Shown piece by piece: positions 47,831 to 61,080 of a stretch of DNA of 64,000 bases (its first letter is position 1; the number at the start of each line of letters is the position of its first letter). Below the pieces are notes generated by a model. It saw nothing but the letters and a program-made list of their open reading frames with translations, made no database searches and had not been told where the DNA came from. Both the position numbers and the translations under genes were made by a program. Source of the stretch: Camelus dromedarius. Taxonomy: Eukaryota. Location: assembly GCF_036321535.1 (NCBI RefSeq), contig NC_087468.1, positions 12,090,001-12,154,000 of the forward strand, given 5' to 3'.

Positions 47831-50184
47831 TTTAGCAATTGTTGGCTGCACTGAGCAAGGATTTTCCCTGACGCCCTTACCGGTGTATTGCAGCCATCTC
47901 CCCCCACTGTCCACCTGCCAGCCTGAACTTTCTCCTAAGAGCCTTCTGCACATGATGTTTCAGCATTCCACTGGGTTTAGCCTTGCAGACGAACTGAACG
48001 CATCGCCATCTCAGGTTTCTGTCCTCTTTTCTGAGTCGTCTTCCAGAACTGCTCCTTGGCCTTCAGCTGGCTTACTGAGCCCCTGTACAGGTTAGATCTA
48101 TTTCCTAAAAGCTGGTTTGGGGCTAATGTTTCTTATCCTTGCTCCTGAAATCTGCCAGCCCTCATGATGCCTTTCCCAACGATATATTCATATGGGCTTG
48201 CCGCTGCATTACCCCCAATTGTTTTTCAGGGTTTCCTGCCCCGGGTCCTAAGAGCATTGTTGTTTTGCGAGAGGTCTGCAGAATGCCGTTTAGAAATTGC
48301 TGGCGTGGTGTGGACGGGCCCCACTGTAGACGTTTCTGCCTCCACGTATTAAAGGTGGTCTGAGATGCATGAACTTTGATCCGAAAGTGAAATTATCGAA
48401 TGTGTTAGCATGTTCTGAATTTTCCGGTCTTGTTGTGAGGAGTGGAGATTTGGCTTCTTTTTCAGAAAATACATCAAAAGTGCTTTTGTATGGGACCAGA
48501 CAGCTGATGTGAAGCGCAGGGCACTGACTCTTGGTTCCGCTACATCCTTTGATCACGTTGCCACCTTCCAGCGAGAACAGACAGCAAAAAACCCAGACAT
48601 GAGTCCCAGGCTCGCACGCGCCGTGACACACGGCTGCTGCGTTAGCAATTACCGGAGGTTGTTTCTGCTATTCCAGCTTGAGGGGTTAATTTGCTGTTGC
48701 TTTAAATTCTGCGCTGCCTTTCTAGTTTGGACAAAAAGTCCAGCATTCTTACTCAGGATAGATAACACCCAAGTTTTCCTCTTGCTGTTTCAGAATGGCA
48801 AGCTTTCCTCTCTTGCTTGCTGACGGTGGAGGACATTTGCTTACCTCTCCTCATACGTATACAGAATTCCCAATATCGTTTAAAGAGAAAGACAATTACT
48901 TGGTAATTTGAATAAAAACATACAGTAAATGATTCCCCAAAGACTTAACCTGCTGAATAAATATTTAGTGTACGTGCAAAGAACAGGCTGCATCAGTTTT
49001 CCTTTTCAGCCAGAACTTTTAGTCAATAAAGTCTCCAAAATTTGCTTCCCCTCAAAGATGAGAACCTCAGGGCTGACCCAGACCCCATCCCCAGCTGCTG
49101 GTCAGTGGCCATTGGTCTCCTGTAACCCCAGCATCGCCCAGGCAGAGGGCTGGAGGAATGGGACGACGTGAGGATCAAGTTCCAGCATGGCCTTGGTTTG
49201 CCCTGGGGCCTCAGGCACATGATCTAGCTTTGCTAGGGTTTGGTATCTCTTCCAAAAATTCAGGTTTGCCGATAACTCCCCAGAAGATGATTTTGTGGAG
49301 GAGCTTCTGTGACCTGTGTGAATGCACCAGGCACTTGGAGCAGTTCTGAAAATTCTCGTTTCCTCTCTTTAACTCCAATACACTGGCACAGAACAACCTA
49401 GGAGCAACCAGAATCTTCTTCACCTGCTTTCTTCCCAGCCCCCGAGAGAAAGGCAGTGAACCAAAGACTAATGGCGCCAAGATTCTCCCTCTTGACAGTA
49501 GTGCTGGGAATCGTTCTTGTGGACTCTAATTTGTGCCAGCCATGAATCCTTCCTCCTTCCCATTATCTTGGCTGGTGATGAGCTGAAGACACCGCTACAC
49601 CTGCAGGACAGGGAGGACCTCACCGGAGGAGTGATCTCGTTGGAGCTGAAGTCACTTCAGTGGTTTGCTGATGAGAAGGAAATTGTAGATTCAAATTATA
49701 ACAGAACTTGAAGGAAGTTTTCAGTGTCTGGGGAAAAACTGTGTTAGAAGGTGCCACTTAAAACTTATGAATAACGTACGAACAGAAAGAAATTCATAGT
49801 TATGGGACTAAACCTGTCTGTCTAGAGAGAAGGGCAGTGAAAACCAAAGATGCCAGCCCAGTAGCTTTTGTCCAATAAATTAGCGTAATATGACAGCTAA
49901 ATTCAGAATACTTTTCCCATGAGTGTTCCTTAAGTGGATTTTGTCTTACGTTTCAAAAGTCTTCTATTTTATCTTCAAAGTGAACATCTGGGCACATGTT
50001 CGTTACTGTTTTGCACTCAACTCTATAGAATCTTCAAGCACTCGATCCATTTTTCCACACGGATATCTACACGTCTCTCATGAGATGCACACAGGGCCTT
50101 GTGAATAGCAACACTTGTCTGATTGTGTCGGATTGGAAATTCGAGAGCCCATGGAGAAGTAAAGTGAACTGCCCCAACTGTTTT

Positions 50185-51420
50185 GTTTTTTTTTTCTCGA
50201 AAAATAGCTTTATTGAGATACAATTCATATGCCGTAAATTATGCATTCAAAGTAAACAGTGCAATGATTTTTAGTATATTCACAGAGTTGTACACCCATC
50301 GCCACGGTCTAATTCTACAGAGTTTTTGTCAGTCCCTGAGAGAAACCCTCTACTCATTCGTGGTCACTTTCAGTCAGTTACCCCTACCCCCAGCCTTAGG
50401 CAAGAACTAATCTACTGTCAGTCTTCATCAGCAGGGCTTTTCTGGTCATTTCGTATCAGTAAAATCATACAACATGTTGTCTTTTGTCACTGGCATCATT
50501 TAACATAATGTTTTACAGACTCATGCATGTTGTAGTATGTATCAGAATTCCATTCTTCTTTACAGTGCAAATAACATTCCTTTGTACGGATGTTAGACAT
50601 TTTATTTATCCATTCATCAAGTGACGGCTGTTGGGTTGCTTCCAGCTTTTGGCTGTTGTGAATAATGCTCTTATTAACAGTCATGGACACACAGATTTTT
50701 GTGTGGACGAATGTTTTAATTTCTCTACCTAGGTGTGGAAATGCTGGGTCATGTAGTAACTGTATGTTTAATATTTTGAGGAGCCGCCAAAATGTTTTCC
50801 GAAGCGGCTAAAGCATTGTGCATTCCCACTCGCAGCGTACAAGGGTTCCAATTTCTCCACATCCCCACCAACACCCGTTTCTGTCTTTTTTATTGTAACC
50901 ATCTAGTGAGCGTGAAGTGCTATCCGCTTGCGGTTTTGATCTGTATTTCTCTAACGACTGTTGATACTGAGCATCTTCTCATGTGGTTATTGGCCATTTG
51001 TGTATCTTCTTTGAAGAAATGTCTATTCAGTTCTTGACTCATTTTTAAACATTGGGTTGTTGAGTTGCAAGGGTTCCTTTTATGTTCTAGTTACCATTCC
51101 CTTATCAGATGTATGTCCTGAAAATACTTTCTCCCGTTCTGTGGGTCGTTTTTTCACTTTCTTGATGATGCCCTGTGAAGCACAGATGTTTTTTTACCTT
51201 GGTGAAGTCCAGCTTATCTCTTTTTCCTTTGTTACTTTTGCTTTCAGTATCCTGTCTAAAAAATCATCGCCTAATCAAAGGTCATGCAGATTTACTCCTA
51301 TGCTTTCCTCCAAGAGCATTATAGTTTTAGCCCCTCGATTTAGGTTTACGATGCATTTTGAGATAATTTTTTGTGTGTATAGAGTGTAAGAAAGGACTCC
51401 AGTTTCATTCTGTTGCATAT
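50185..51420 (-). mobile_element. L1MB-like 3' portion
   Basis: tagctttattgagatacaattcatat...tttccagcttttggctgttgtgaataatgct...gttattggccatttgtgtatcttctttgaagaaatgtctattca...ttcattctgttgcatatgga. Confidence 0.85.
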
Positions 51421-53039
51421 GGAGATAGAGCCCCGCCTTCTTGGCTGTACCACCTGCCCAGTGTACAGCTTCCATCTCTCTGAGCTCTTGGTGGTGAGGG
51501 GTCGGGGAAAGAGGTGGATGGAGTAGATTAAGGTTCAAATGAGATTAAGTTGAGTCTTTTGAGTTAATGTTTCTCCATTTGCTTAATGTCTTTAGGATAA
51601 TTTCCTGAAACTTTAGGAGTTGTTTTAGAAATAGTTTTCAGTGATTAAATGAAAAAGTTTGGGTATCAGTACCTTGGATGCAGGTCAGCAGAAGGAGTGG
51701 AGTCTGGCTGGGGATGAAAATTAGATTTCCTTTTTGAGCAAAGCTCAGAAGTGTGCTGTTATCTCAGATTCAGTCCTGATAGAGGGGGTACGAGGACCCT
51801 GGCTTCCTGATCGTTGGCAGGTTCCCTGGTCCAGTCTCCACCAGCCTTCCCCAGCCTCTTTGAAATGCATTCACCCAGGCTGTCAAGTTGTGTTGCATTC
51901 TTTGGCAGCCCATGATTTGGATAATTTCCAGCATCCCAAGATCGTACACAAAAACTCAAATGACCTTGTGGAAGTTTATTTCCAGGCAGTATCCCTGCAA
52001 AGCAGATGAATTATTTTTGTCACAGGCATAATAAATTGTTAATTTTGGAAATGTTTTTTTGTAAAGAAAACAACTGCCAGATTATTTTCTTTATAATCTT
52101 CAATTATGTGCAAGGATACATCAGTACAAAGAAACAAGATGGGCTTGTCATGACCCAGATGACGGCATTGTCCTTTGGGAATACCCAGGAGAGGGTTGGA
52201 GCCAGGTCACAGACGAGGCGGATATTTCTGGGCAAAATGTGGCAGTGAAATCTAGGTGGTGAAGGCAGAATGTCCTAAAATGAAACCCTGGGAAATTAGA
52301 AGGTATAATAAGCTCCATGAAGGTCCATTCTGTGGCTGAGGGCAGCAGACCACTGGTGGGTTCTCTGGACAATGCCAGCTGAGGGAACTTTTCATTGCTG
52401 TGTTCTGGGCCTTGGTCACAGATGTGTTCATCCAACACCTGACATCCAGATGCTGGACAGAAGTGAGGCCCAACAACTGGGTAGATAGATGCTGTTAGGT
52501 GGAAGATGAAGTGTTTGGCTTCTGCTGGGAGGGGTAGTTATTACAGTATAGACCCACTCAAAGAGATTTTTTTCCCCTTAAATAAATATTCCTTGAAGGC
52601 ACGTATTCTGGTGCCAACAGAATATCAAAGTTTGCTTTTACTTATTATTTCAGTTTTAGAATCAAAGATGAAAAAGGATGCCTGGAAAAAGCTGTGTTTA
52701 GGGAGGCTCAGGACTTGCATTAATTTCCTGGCAGATTAGAGAATGAAGTGGGAGAGAGGTTAAAGCAAGGACTCGTCTGCCAAGTCAGTTGGAAAGAGGA
52801 AGATCAAGGGAATTGTCTGAACCCTGGGAATGGCTATTTTAAGCAGATAGGAACAAGAGTCTGTTCACCTTCAGAGATCCTTCTCCAGTCAGCCTAGTGG
52901 CACTTGCTACAGTTAACTCTATTGGTAGATTTATTCCTGTATCCCATTGGGGTAGACCTACATCTCTCACCTCTGCTTATCTTTAAAGTTAAAACAACCA
53001 CAAAGTAACACAGATGAAGGAAAAAAGTGTCTGGTCCTT

Positions 53040-54685
53040 TGGTATAGTTTTAAAAACATTCCTAATAGGAAAAAAAAAAATTCCAAAGCAAAGGCATTGG
53101 ATCAAATTGATTATATAAACATTTTAAAAATGTACATATTTCAAAAGCAAAGATAAAGACTTGACACAGTAAAGAAACATCTAAACAAACATGACTAAAG
53201 AAGGTTTATTTTCCTTAATATATAAAGAGCCTCTGTGAATAAATAAGAAAAACAGTAATACCACAGTATATAAATAAATAGGTATATGATATGAGACAAT
53301 TTTAAGAAGACATATCTATGGCTAATAAATATGTAAACTCATCCCCATCACTTGGGTGTCAACAGAGACCAGGTGGGGAGCCTAGCCTTCTGCCTCCACA
53401 TCAGGAATAACTCCTTTCATGTCAGAGAGATCCAGAGGATATAAATAAGATCCAGAATCACAACATAACATGACAATGTACCTGTCTCAATTACAAAAAG
53501 TCACTCATCATACTAAGAATTAGGAGGATTTCAAACTGAATGACAAAAAATAATCAATAGATACCAACACTGAGGTGATGGAGGTGTTAGAATAATCTGA
53601 AAAATATTTAAAGCAGCCATCAGAAAAATGCTTCAAAGAGCAATTACAAAACGCTTGAAACATGAAAAAATAGAATGTCTTGGCAAAGAATTGAAAGTGG
53701 AGGTGAAGGGATGGACTATATTAAAGGAAGAACCAAATGGAAATTTTAGAACAGAAAAATACAATAACCTAAATAAAAAACCCAGTGAATGGTGTCAGCA
53801 TCAGAATGGAGGGGACGGAAGAAGGAATCAGCAAACTAGAAGATTGAAAAAAAAGGAAAGAGAATATCCATGCAACAAAGAGCTACTTCTTTGAAAAGAT
53901 CCATAAAATTGACAGACCCCTCACAACACTGTCAAAGAGGAAAAGAGAAAACACAAATTCCTAGTATCAGGAATGAGACGGGGGATATTACTGCAGACCC
54001 TGCAAACATTAAACAGGTTAATGAGAGAATACCAGGAACAACTGTGTAAACATACATCTGAAAACTTAGACGAAATGGGCCAATGCTTTGAAAAACACAG
54101 AATACCGCAACTCATCTCATATGTAGGACAATTGAATAATCCTATAACTGTTAAGGAAATTGAATTAATTTAAAAACTCCTAAAAAATCTTCAGACAAAA
54201 TATTCTCATTGGAGAATTCTGCCAAACATTTAGAGAAGAATTTAACAATAATTCTGTACAACTCTTCTAGAAAATAGAAGAGGAAGGAACACTTTCCAAA
54301 TTCATTTTATGAAGCTAGTTGTATCCTGTTTGCAAAGCCAAATAAAGTCACTGTAATAGAAAAGGAANNNNNNNNNNNNNNNNNNNNNNNNNNNNNNNNN
54401 NNNNNNNNNNNNNNNNNNNNNNNNNNNNNNNNNNNNNNNNNNNNNNNNNNNNNNNNNNNNNNNNNNNNNNNNNNNNNNNNNNNNNNNNNNNNNNNNNATT
54501 TAATATTCAAAAATCAATGCAATCCACCATATTGATAGACTAAAGAAGAAAAATTATGTAATCGTAATCAATTGGTGCAGAAAGAGCATTTAAAAAATGT
54601 AATCTACATTCTTGATAAAAACTCTCATTCAAATAGGAATAGCGAGAAATGTGTTCAGTCTGATACAGATCATCTACGAGAGACA
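53040..54685 (+). mobile_element. Rearranged old L1 fragments (ORF2 piece, 5'/ORF1 piece, then ORF2 piece), with an N gap
   Basis: ORF1-like aaagcagccatcagaaaaatgcttcaaagagcaattac...aatggaaattttagaac joins directly to ORF2-like ttctttgaaaagatccataaaattgacagacc...gaggaaggaacactttcc. Confidence 0.75.
54368..54497. other. Assembly gap (130 N)
   Basis: N run. Confidence 1.
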
Positions 54686-55958
54686 CAGGCGTGCCTCAGT
54701 TCACTATGCCTAGCTGCACTGCACTTTGCAGACTTTGCATTTTTTCTACAAATTAAGGTTTGTGGCAACCCTGCATTGAGCAAGTCTATTGGCACCATTT
54801 TCCAAACAATCTGCGCTTGCTTCGTGTCTCTGTGTCACGTTTTGGTAATTCTCACGATATTTCAAACTTTTTCATGATTATTGTATTAGTCATGTAATCT
54901 GTGATCAGGGGTTTTTAAAAAATTCATTAATTTGTTTTTTAAAAATTGAAGTCTAGTCAGTTTACAATGTTGTGTCAGTTTCTGGTGTACAGCATCATAG
55001 TCAGTCATACGTATACATACAGATATTTGTTTTCAAATTCTTTTTCATTATAGGTTACTACAAGATGTTGAATGTAGTTCCCTGTGCTCTACAGTAGAAA
55101 TTTGTTGTTTATCTATTTTATATATAGTAGTGTGTATCTGAAAATCTTGAACTCTCAATTTATCTCTTCCCACACCCTTCCCCACGGTAACCATATGTTT
55201 GTTTTCTATGTCTGAGTCTGGTTCTGTTTTGTAAATAAGTTCATTTGTGTCTTTTTTTTTTAAGATTCCACATATAAATGATACCATATGACAATTTTCT
55301 TTCTCTTTCTGACTTACTTCACTTAGAATGACAATCTCCAGGTCCATCCATGTTGCTGCAAATGGCATTATTTTATTCTTTTTTTATGGCCGAGTAGTAT
55401 TCCATTGTATAAATGTAACACAGTGTCTTTATCCAGTCATCTGTTGATGGACATTTAGGTTGCTTCGATGTCTTAGCTACTATATACAGTGCTGCTGCAA
55501 ATATTGGGGTGCATGTATCTTTTCAAATTAAATTTCCCTCTGAATATATGCCCAGGAGTAGGATTGCTGGATCATATGATAAGTGTATTTTTAGTTTTTT
55601 GAGGAGTCTCCGTGCTGTTTTCCATAAAGACTGCACCAAACTACATTCCAACCAGCAGAGTAGGAGAGTTCCCTTTTCTCCACACCCTCCCCAGCATTTA
55701 TCGTTTGTGGACTTGTTAATGTTGGCCGTTCTGACCAGGGCCTTTGATGTTACTACTATGACTCACTGAAGAATCAGATGATGGTCAGCATTTTTTAGCA
55801 ATAAAATATTTTTAATGAGGTCTGTACATTTTTGACGTAATACTATTGCATGCTTAATAGACTACAGTGTAGTATAAATTTAACTTTTATATAAATTATA
55901 TTAAATTTGTATTTTTTTCCCCAGGAAGCCAAAAAATTCACATGACTCACTTTATTGC
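54686..55958 (+). mobile_element. Internally deleted Tigger1 (Tigger1a_Art-like), split by a younger L1
   Basis: 5' part caggcgtgcctc...aaggtttgtggcaaccctgcattgagcaagtctattggcacc...gtgatcag. Resumes ctttgatgttactact...aatagactacagtgtagtataa...atgactcactttattgc. Confidence 0.8.
54912..55738 (-). mobile_element. Camelid/cetartiodactyl L1 3' end inserted in Tigger1
   Basis: aaaaattgaagtctagtcagtttacaatgttgtgtcagtttctggtgtacagc...cttacttcacttagaatgacaatctccaggtcc...ttttctccacaccctccccagcattta. Confidence 0.85.
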
Positions 55959-56549
55959 CACAGTGGAGAGAGGAGAGGAGGCTGGCTCCCAGCAGGGTCA
56001 CCCTCTTGCTTCCTCACTCTAGGGGCCAAAGTGCTGGTAGCTTCTGCAATACTTCTGCAGTGCAGCTGGTAGGAGACTTCTGTCTCTCTCTGTATGTGTG
56101 ATTTTTAAAAAAAAGTGAAGTCCTTAGGCCACCCCAGGCAGCTATAATTTATGGCTCCACATCTCCCACCATTCTAATGTTTTGCATGCATAAGAATGTG
56201 AGTTGTTTTAAAAGAAAAATCTCAAGGAATCAGAGTTCTGGCGACTAACATTAACCACCACCATGTCACTCATAGATATTACTAAGGCTGTAATTCTGAA
56301 AAGTAAATTAATTTCCCTGGTGTGGGAACCCTCTGAATAACTTCCAGGTTCCTCTCTCGGGTAGGCTGATTGACTCTGGAAGGAACCTGCTGCTTCCATG
56401 ACAACATGATGTGCTGGAAGGCTCGGCCCACGCCACCTTCCCCAGCTTCATTTTGTCCACCTTGTCCCTCCCTGGAATTTGGGGAGAATAAAATTAGCTG
56501 GTGTTCTTGGGTACAGAAGAAGGGCAGGTGTTTTTAGAAAGCTTTTCCA

Positions 56550-56678
56550 NNNNNNNNNNNNNNNNNNNNNNNNNNNNNNNNNNNNNNNNNNNNNNNNNNN
56601 NNNNNNNNNNNNNNNNNNNNNNNNNNNNNNNNNNNNNNNNNNNNNNNNNNNNNNNNNNNNNNNNNNNNNNNNNNNNNN
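56550..56678. other. Assembly gap (129 N)
   Basis: N run. Confidence 1.
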
Positions 56679-56939
56679 ACTTACCAGTTGACAGTTTGCT
56701 TTCTTCTCTGTCAGCAATTTCATTATCTTTAATTTAAAGTTGAGTGGAAGAGATTTTTCTCTTCACCCTGAGAATCTTTTTCCAGCAGTTTTAGTGATGC
56801 AGAATAGATTGATGCTTTGTTTGGGTGAAAGGGGAAAAAAAAGTGTTTCTTGTGGGAAAGTTTTAAATGGCCTTCCTAGATAAAGGATGAATAGAACAGA
56901 GGTTAATCCTGGGAACTCGGGATAACGGTAATGACTGTG

Positions 56940-57135
56940 GTGATGACCCTGCCATGCCTTGAACACCTACTGTGTGTCAGGCGTGGGCAGTATCTCCCTT
57001 AGTCCTCACGGTCATTGTCAGCCCCGTTTTAGGATCAGGGAACCTGAGGCTCAGTGAGTTTGAGGAACTTGCCTGGAATAAAACTGCAGGTGTCAGAGTC
57101 TGTGTGCAAACCAGGTTTGTCCTCCCCAAAGCCTG
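56940..57135. mobile_element. MIR
   Basis: acacctactgtgtgtcaggc...gggaacctgaggctcagtgagtttgaggaacttgcctgg. Confidence 0.7.
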
Positions 57136-60100
57136 GGTTTTAACCACAATATCCTCCTCTCCTCCTGTGATGCCTGGGGTGATGTGATGTTGACTTGGTC
57201 CCAAGGTGGCCTCCCTGGGCCGCATGAGCACCAGAAGAGGAAAAGAACAGACTCAGCAGAGCGGTGGCCGGGCTGACCGGGGTCTGTGGTGAAGGGGTCA
57301 GACCCCTCTTGCTGGTGTCATGGAACTGTCTAAGAAGAGTTGGTCAACCTTCAGATCCAGGGTGGCCAGGCCTGGCTGTCTACTGGTCCTGCGTGGTCAG
57401 GGTTACAATGGTAATACCCTAGGGTTGTGATTTTGGCCAGAAATGGCCCACACAATAGAAATATGGAGACATAGCCACAGGTTACTCTGCCTCATGTGGT
57501 CTCTTCTCTGAAGGGCTTCTGGGGTCTCCTCTGGGGTCATCCATCCACTGATGTGAGGAGGTGGCCTGATCCCAACCCCCTGTGGTTCTGCAGCCCGCGC
57601 CCCTTGGCACTGCTCTTCTAGGGCTGATGGATGGGGTAGACAGTCTTTGCAGCTGAGGGTGGCAGAATGTCAGTCCCCACCAGACACCGGCTATGACTTT
57701 AGACCCACGGGTTTCCCACTGGGGAGGGGAGCCTTTATGTTCCTGAGTTTTGATTTGGTGTGACCTTTGAAAAAGGGAAAAAAGCAACGGTGAAGGCTTT
57801 TTCTCTGTGCTCTCCGGTCAAGAAAACACAGGCTCTCGTATCTGTGTGTGCGTGTAGGGTGGCGGCTCCCGCGCTCTCTCTAGACCTTTGGACACTGGTA
57901 CTAAAGCACCTTCAGTTTTTTCTGTGTCTTAAATATTCTCCTGTTTAAAGATTGTCATTGACCCCATCACAACCACTGAGGTTTGTGTATTCTATTCTGC
58001 AGTTATTGGTAGACTGTTAAAGAGTAAGAGGAAAAAAAGATGTCTGGAAGGTGCAAAAGTTATTTTGCTGGGATTTCTGCAGGACTGGAGGGGCACTCAG
58101 AACTTTTCCCTGGGACCGTTTTGCATATTGAATCACAACGAGGTCTACTAATAAAGAAGCACTTACCCGCATGTTACAGACATACACCTGCAACATCTCT
58201 CCTCCAGACGGGCTGTAAACTGCCCATTTGGGGAATGACAGTGAAAACACGGTGGATGTAACATGTTGAGCCTCATGTTTCAACGCAGGGTTGCTTTGCC
58301 AGAGCCCCAGGGCAAATTATCAAATGTTCAACTTTACAGAAGAAATAGCATGAGCTGTGTGCAGCCCGGCCCCTTCTGTGGTCCCAAACTGGACCCCGAG
58401 ATGGGGTTGGTTGGGGTTGGGTGTGCTGAGGCTTGGGACTGGGAGTCAGGCGTCTGTGGCACATCACAAGATGATAAGTAGCCAGTTTTTGCACCCTGGC
58501 TGGGCAGCTAAACTAAACCTGCTGGGTCCAACTGGTGCCTGTAAAATACCCAGCTGTGTAACGTATTTTCTCTTTGGGTTTCTATGTCCAGGAACACTGC
58601 AAAGAAGGAGGGAAATAAAGACAGATGGGCTGTGGGCTCTCTGAGGCTGGGGGGCTCCACCGGGGCCAGTGGGAATGAGGCTCAGTGGTCCACTGGCCGG
58701 GTACTCACGGGCTCTCTTGCGTCCAGTCTGTGGCTGAGTTATTCTGGAGGGAAGGTGGCCGCAGGGAACATGGCTAGGGCTCAGGAATTTGCTCCATTTT
58801 TGTCCACAGAGGTCAGCTCTTTGACAGTGAAGGAGGGAGGTTCTGTCCTCTGGTGACAGGGATGCCCGTGAACCAGTTCGCACCCCAAGAAGTCTCAGGG
58901 TCAAGGATGGGGCCCAGCCACAGAACTCCCCTCCTTCCAGTTTGACTAGATGTCATTCATAGCAGGCTGACGCAACGATGCTACAGAGCAGGAAACACGC
59001 AAAGCAATTATCTTTTTAGTAGGTCACCGGCCTCCTCTGGGAGAAGAGACCGGAGGGAGGGCTGGGGAGGCGGGCAGCGCGGCCGCCCCCAGAGGCTGCG
59101 CGCGCAGTAGCGGAGTTGGTGATTAATAGCTGTGTCATTTTCTGTGAATGTTGCTTTAAGCAGCCGTGCTCAAAATCGAGTGGGAATGAAATAAAACAAC
59201 CCCAAATAAATGTTTCCTCTATTCCTCATGAGTTGCTGGAATCCAGAAATAGCTTCTCAACGCTGTAATTTTAAGCGGCCTCGTTCACAGCCCTCTTGCG
59301 TGGCTCCTGTGGTGCACATGCACCACTTTCTGTTTTTAAAGCCTATGAAGAATCTGAGCCCAGTGACTTTGGGGTTGTTTTCTGGCCCTGAAATGAAAAT
59401 TATGTTTACAGAGGAAAATATAGCTTTTACATGTGCTTTTAAAGGAAAATAGTAACCCAGTGGAGGAAAAGGAAGGAGGAATATGGTGTCCATATAGATC
59501 GTAAACTGGGATGGTGAAAGCATCTGGCAGGCCATCATCACTGCCAGTTGCAGGGATGTGGGAGCTGTGTGCAGGGCGATGTGCCTGGGTGCTGGCAGCC
59601 AGGGGATGGGCCTGGACCATCCTGGGCCCTGAGAGCATAAGTAAGAGGATGAGCGCAGAGTGGCAGGGCAGGGTTCCTGCTCCGGCCAAGCGCTCTCAGA
59701 GCACAGAGACTGGAGGCCCCCTCTCCCTGCCACCTCTGTCGGAGCCAGGCCGCCAATGGTCTGGTTCCTGGCCCTGGGGCGATTCCGGCTGGGGAACAGT
59801 GGCCTCGAGTGAAAGAACCCGTGCGGGAGGTGGCTGGGGGCGTGGGCTCTGGGTTGGTTAGTCTGCAGATGAAAGATACAGTCCTTTGCTCCCTCGAGGA
59901 ATCGGCTTGTCCTGGGAAGGGCAGTCCCTCCAGGGCCAGCCAAAGCCCAGATGTCCACGCATCAAAACATGTGGCTGATACAGGTGCGCAGGGCACCAGC
60001 CCGGAAGGGCAGGGTGCTCCCGTACGGGAAAGAAACATGAAATGCTCGGGGCCTTCTGGGGAGAGGCAGCTGCCCGCTTTGATTGCTTTGGTTTGGTGTT

Positions 60101-61004
60101 TGAAGGGGCGAATCCAGAACAGGGAGGAGGGGGCCGAGCCACCATAAATGTGACGTGCGGCACCTCGGCTTGAGGCTGGCTGCAGGCAGAGCGCCCTGCC
60201 TGGACAGAGGCCCAGGACGGAAAGGTGTCTTTGGGGCTGAGCAGGAAAAATGGTTGAGACTCTTGAGGAAGACCAAAGTGGCTCTTGGATGCCAAACTGA
60301 GGCTTCTGGATTTTATTCTGTATGAGCTTGCCAGGGCTGTTTGGCCCTTAGGAGTTCTCCTGATGAATTCATAGACTCATACACTGTGACTACGCTGGGC
60401 CGTGTATCATAATGGCGGAACTTAATTAACAAGTTACGATGCTGATGTAAATTAATTCCGGATGGAAAAAAATCCACTATGGTGGGGCTGAAAACGCGGC
60501 ACCTCCCAGGCTGGCTGATGATGCTGGAGAATGGAGAGGACTCTGGCGACCTTGGGGACCAGCCCTGTACCCCCCCACCCCCGAGGGGCTGACATCCTCT
60601 GACCACCAGGGGATTACGTCAAGGAATGGGGTCCAGAATTGCCAGATCTTCCTTGTTTTCAAGAAAGGGCGGACAATCAGATTCTTGTTGGGAAATCTCC
60701 TGAGACATGTGAAATCACCTGGTCACCTGGCAATACATTAACCAAACTCTTCCCTCCCCGTCAGTGTGATGAAAGGCACTGTGAGTCCAGCCGCACTGAC
60801 CCTTGGTGGCCTCTTTCTGTTCAGCACCTGTCACCCAATTGAACTATGAGGGTCAGAGAAGAAATGGGGTGATTACAAGGGTGCTCACATTGGGGAACAG
60901 AAGCACGGCAGGTTGGGGGTCAGATCTGGCATCCAAAGACCCTCCCTGAGGTCGGGGTGAGCCATTCCGTGGTGCCTCACCTGCATTTCCTCATTGGAGA
61001 ACAC

Positions 61005-61080
61005 ATTCATTCTTTTATTCATTCAGCAAACATTGAGGGTCTGCTGAGTGCTGGCTGAGACAGACACTGCACACACAGAA
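61005..61080 (-). mobile_element. L2 3' terminus fragment
   Basis: cattcattcttttattcattcagcaaacattgagggtctgctgagtgc. Confidence 0.55.

Noticed and set aside
49517-49711. Protein-like 64-aa ORF (…GDELKTPLHLQDREDLTGG…)
   Set aside because: No recognised homology and no convincing acceptor/donor pair.
59381-59480. Possible fourth copy of the 8426/9690 inverted-repeat unit (tctggccctgaaat...cccag..ggaggaaaaggaagg)
   Set aside because: Similarity is confined to purine-rich low-complexity patches and does not extend on either side; it cannot be distinguished from chance by eye.
59257-59958. Longest track ORFs (233 aa here; also 39245-39913, 30389-31021, 30111-30677, 39300-39848)
   Set aside because: Pro/Ser/Arg/Gly-rich, no recognisable domain, overlapping ORFs in several frames on both strands; typical chance ORFs of GC-rich intron.
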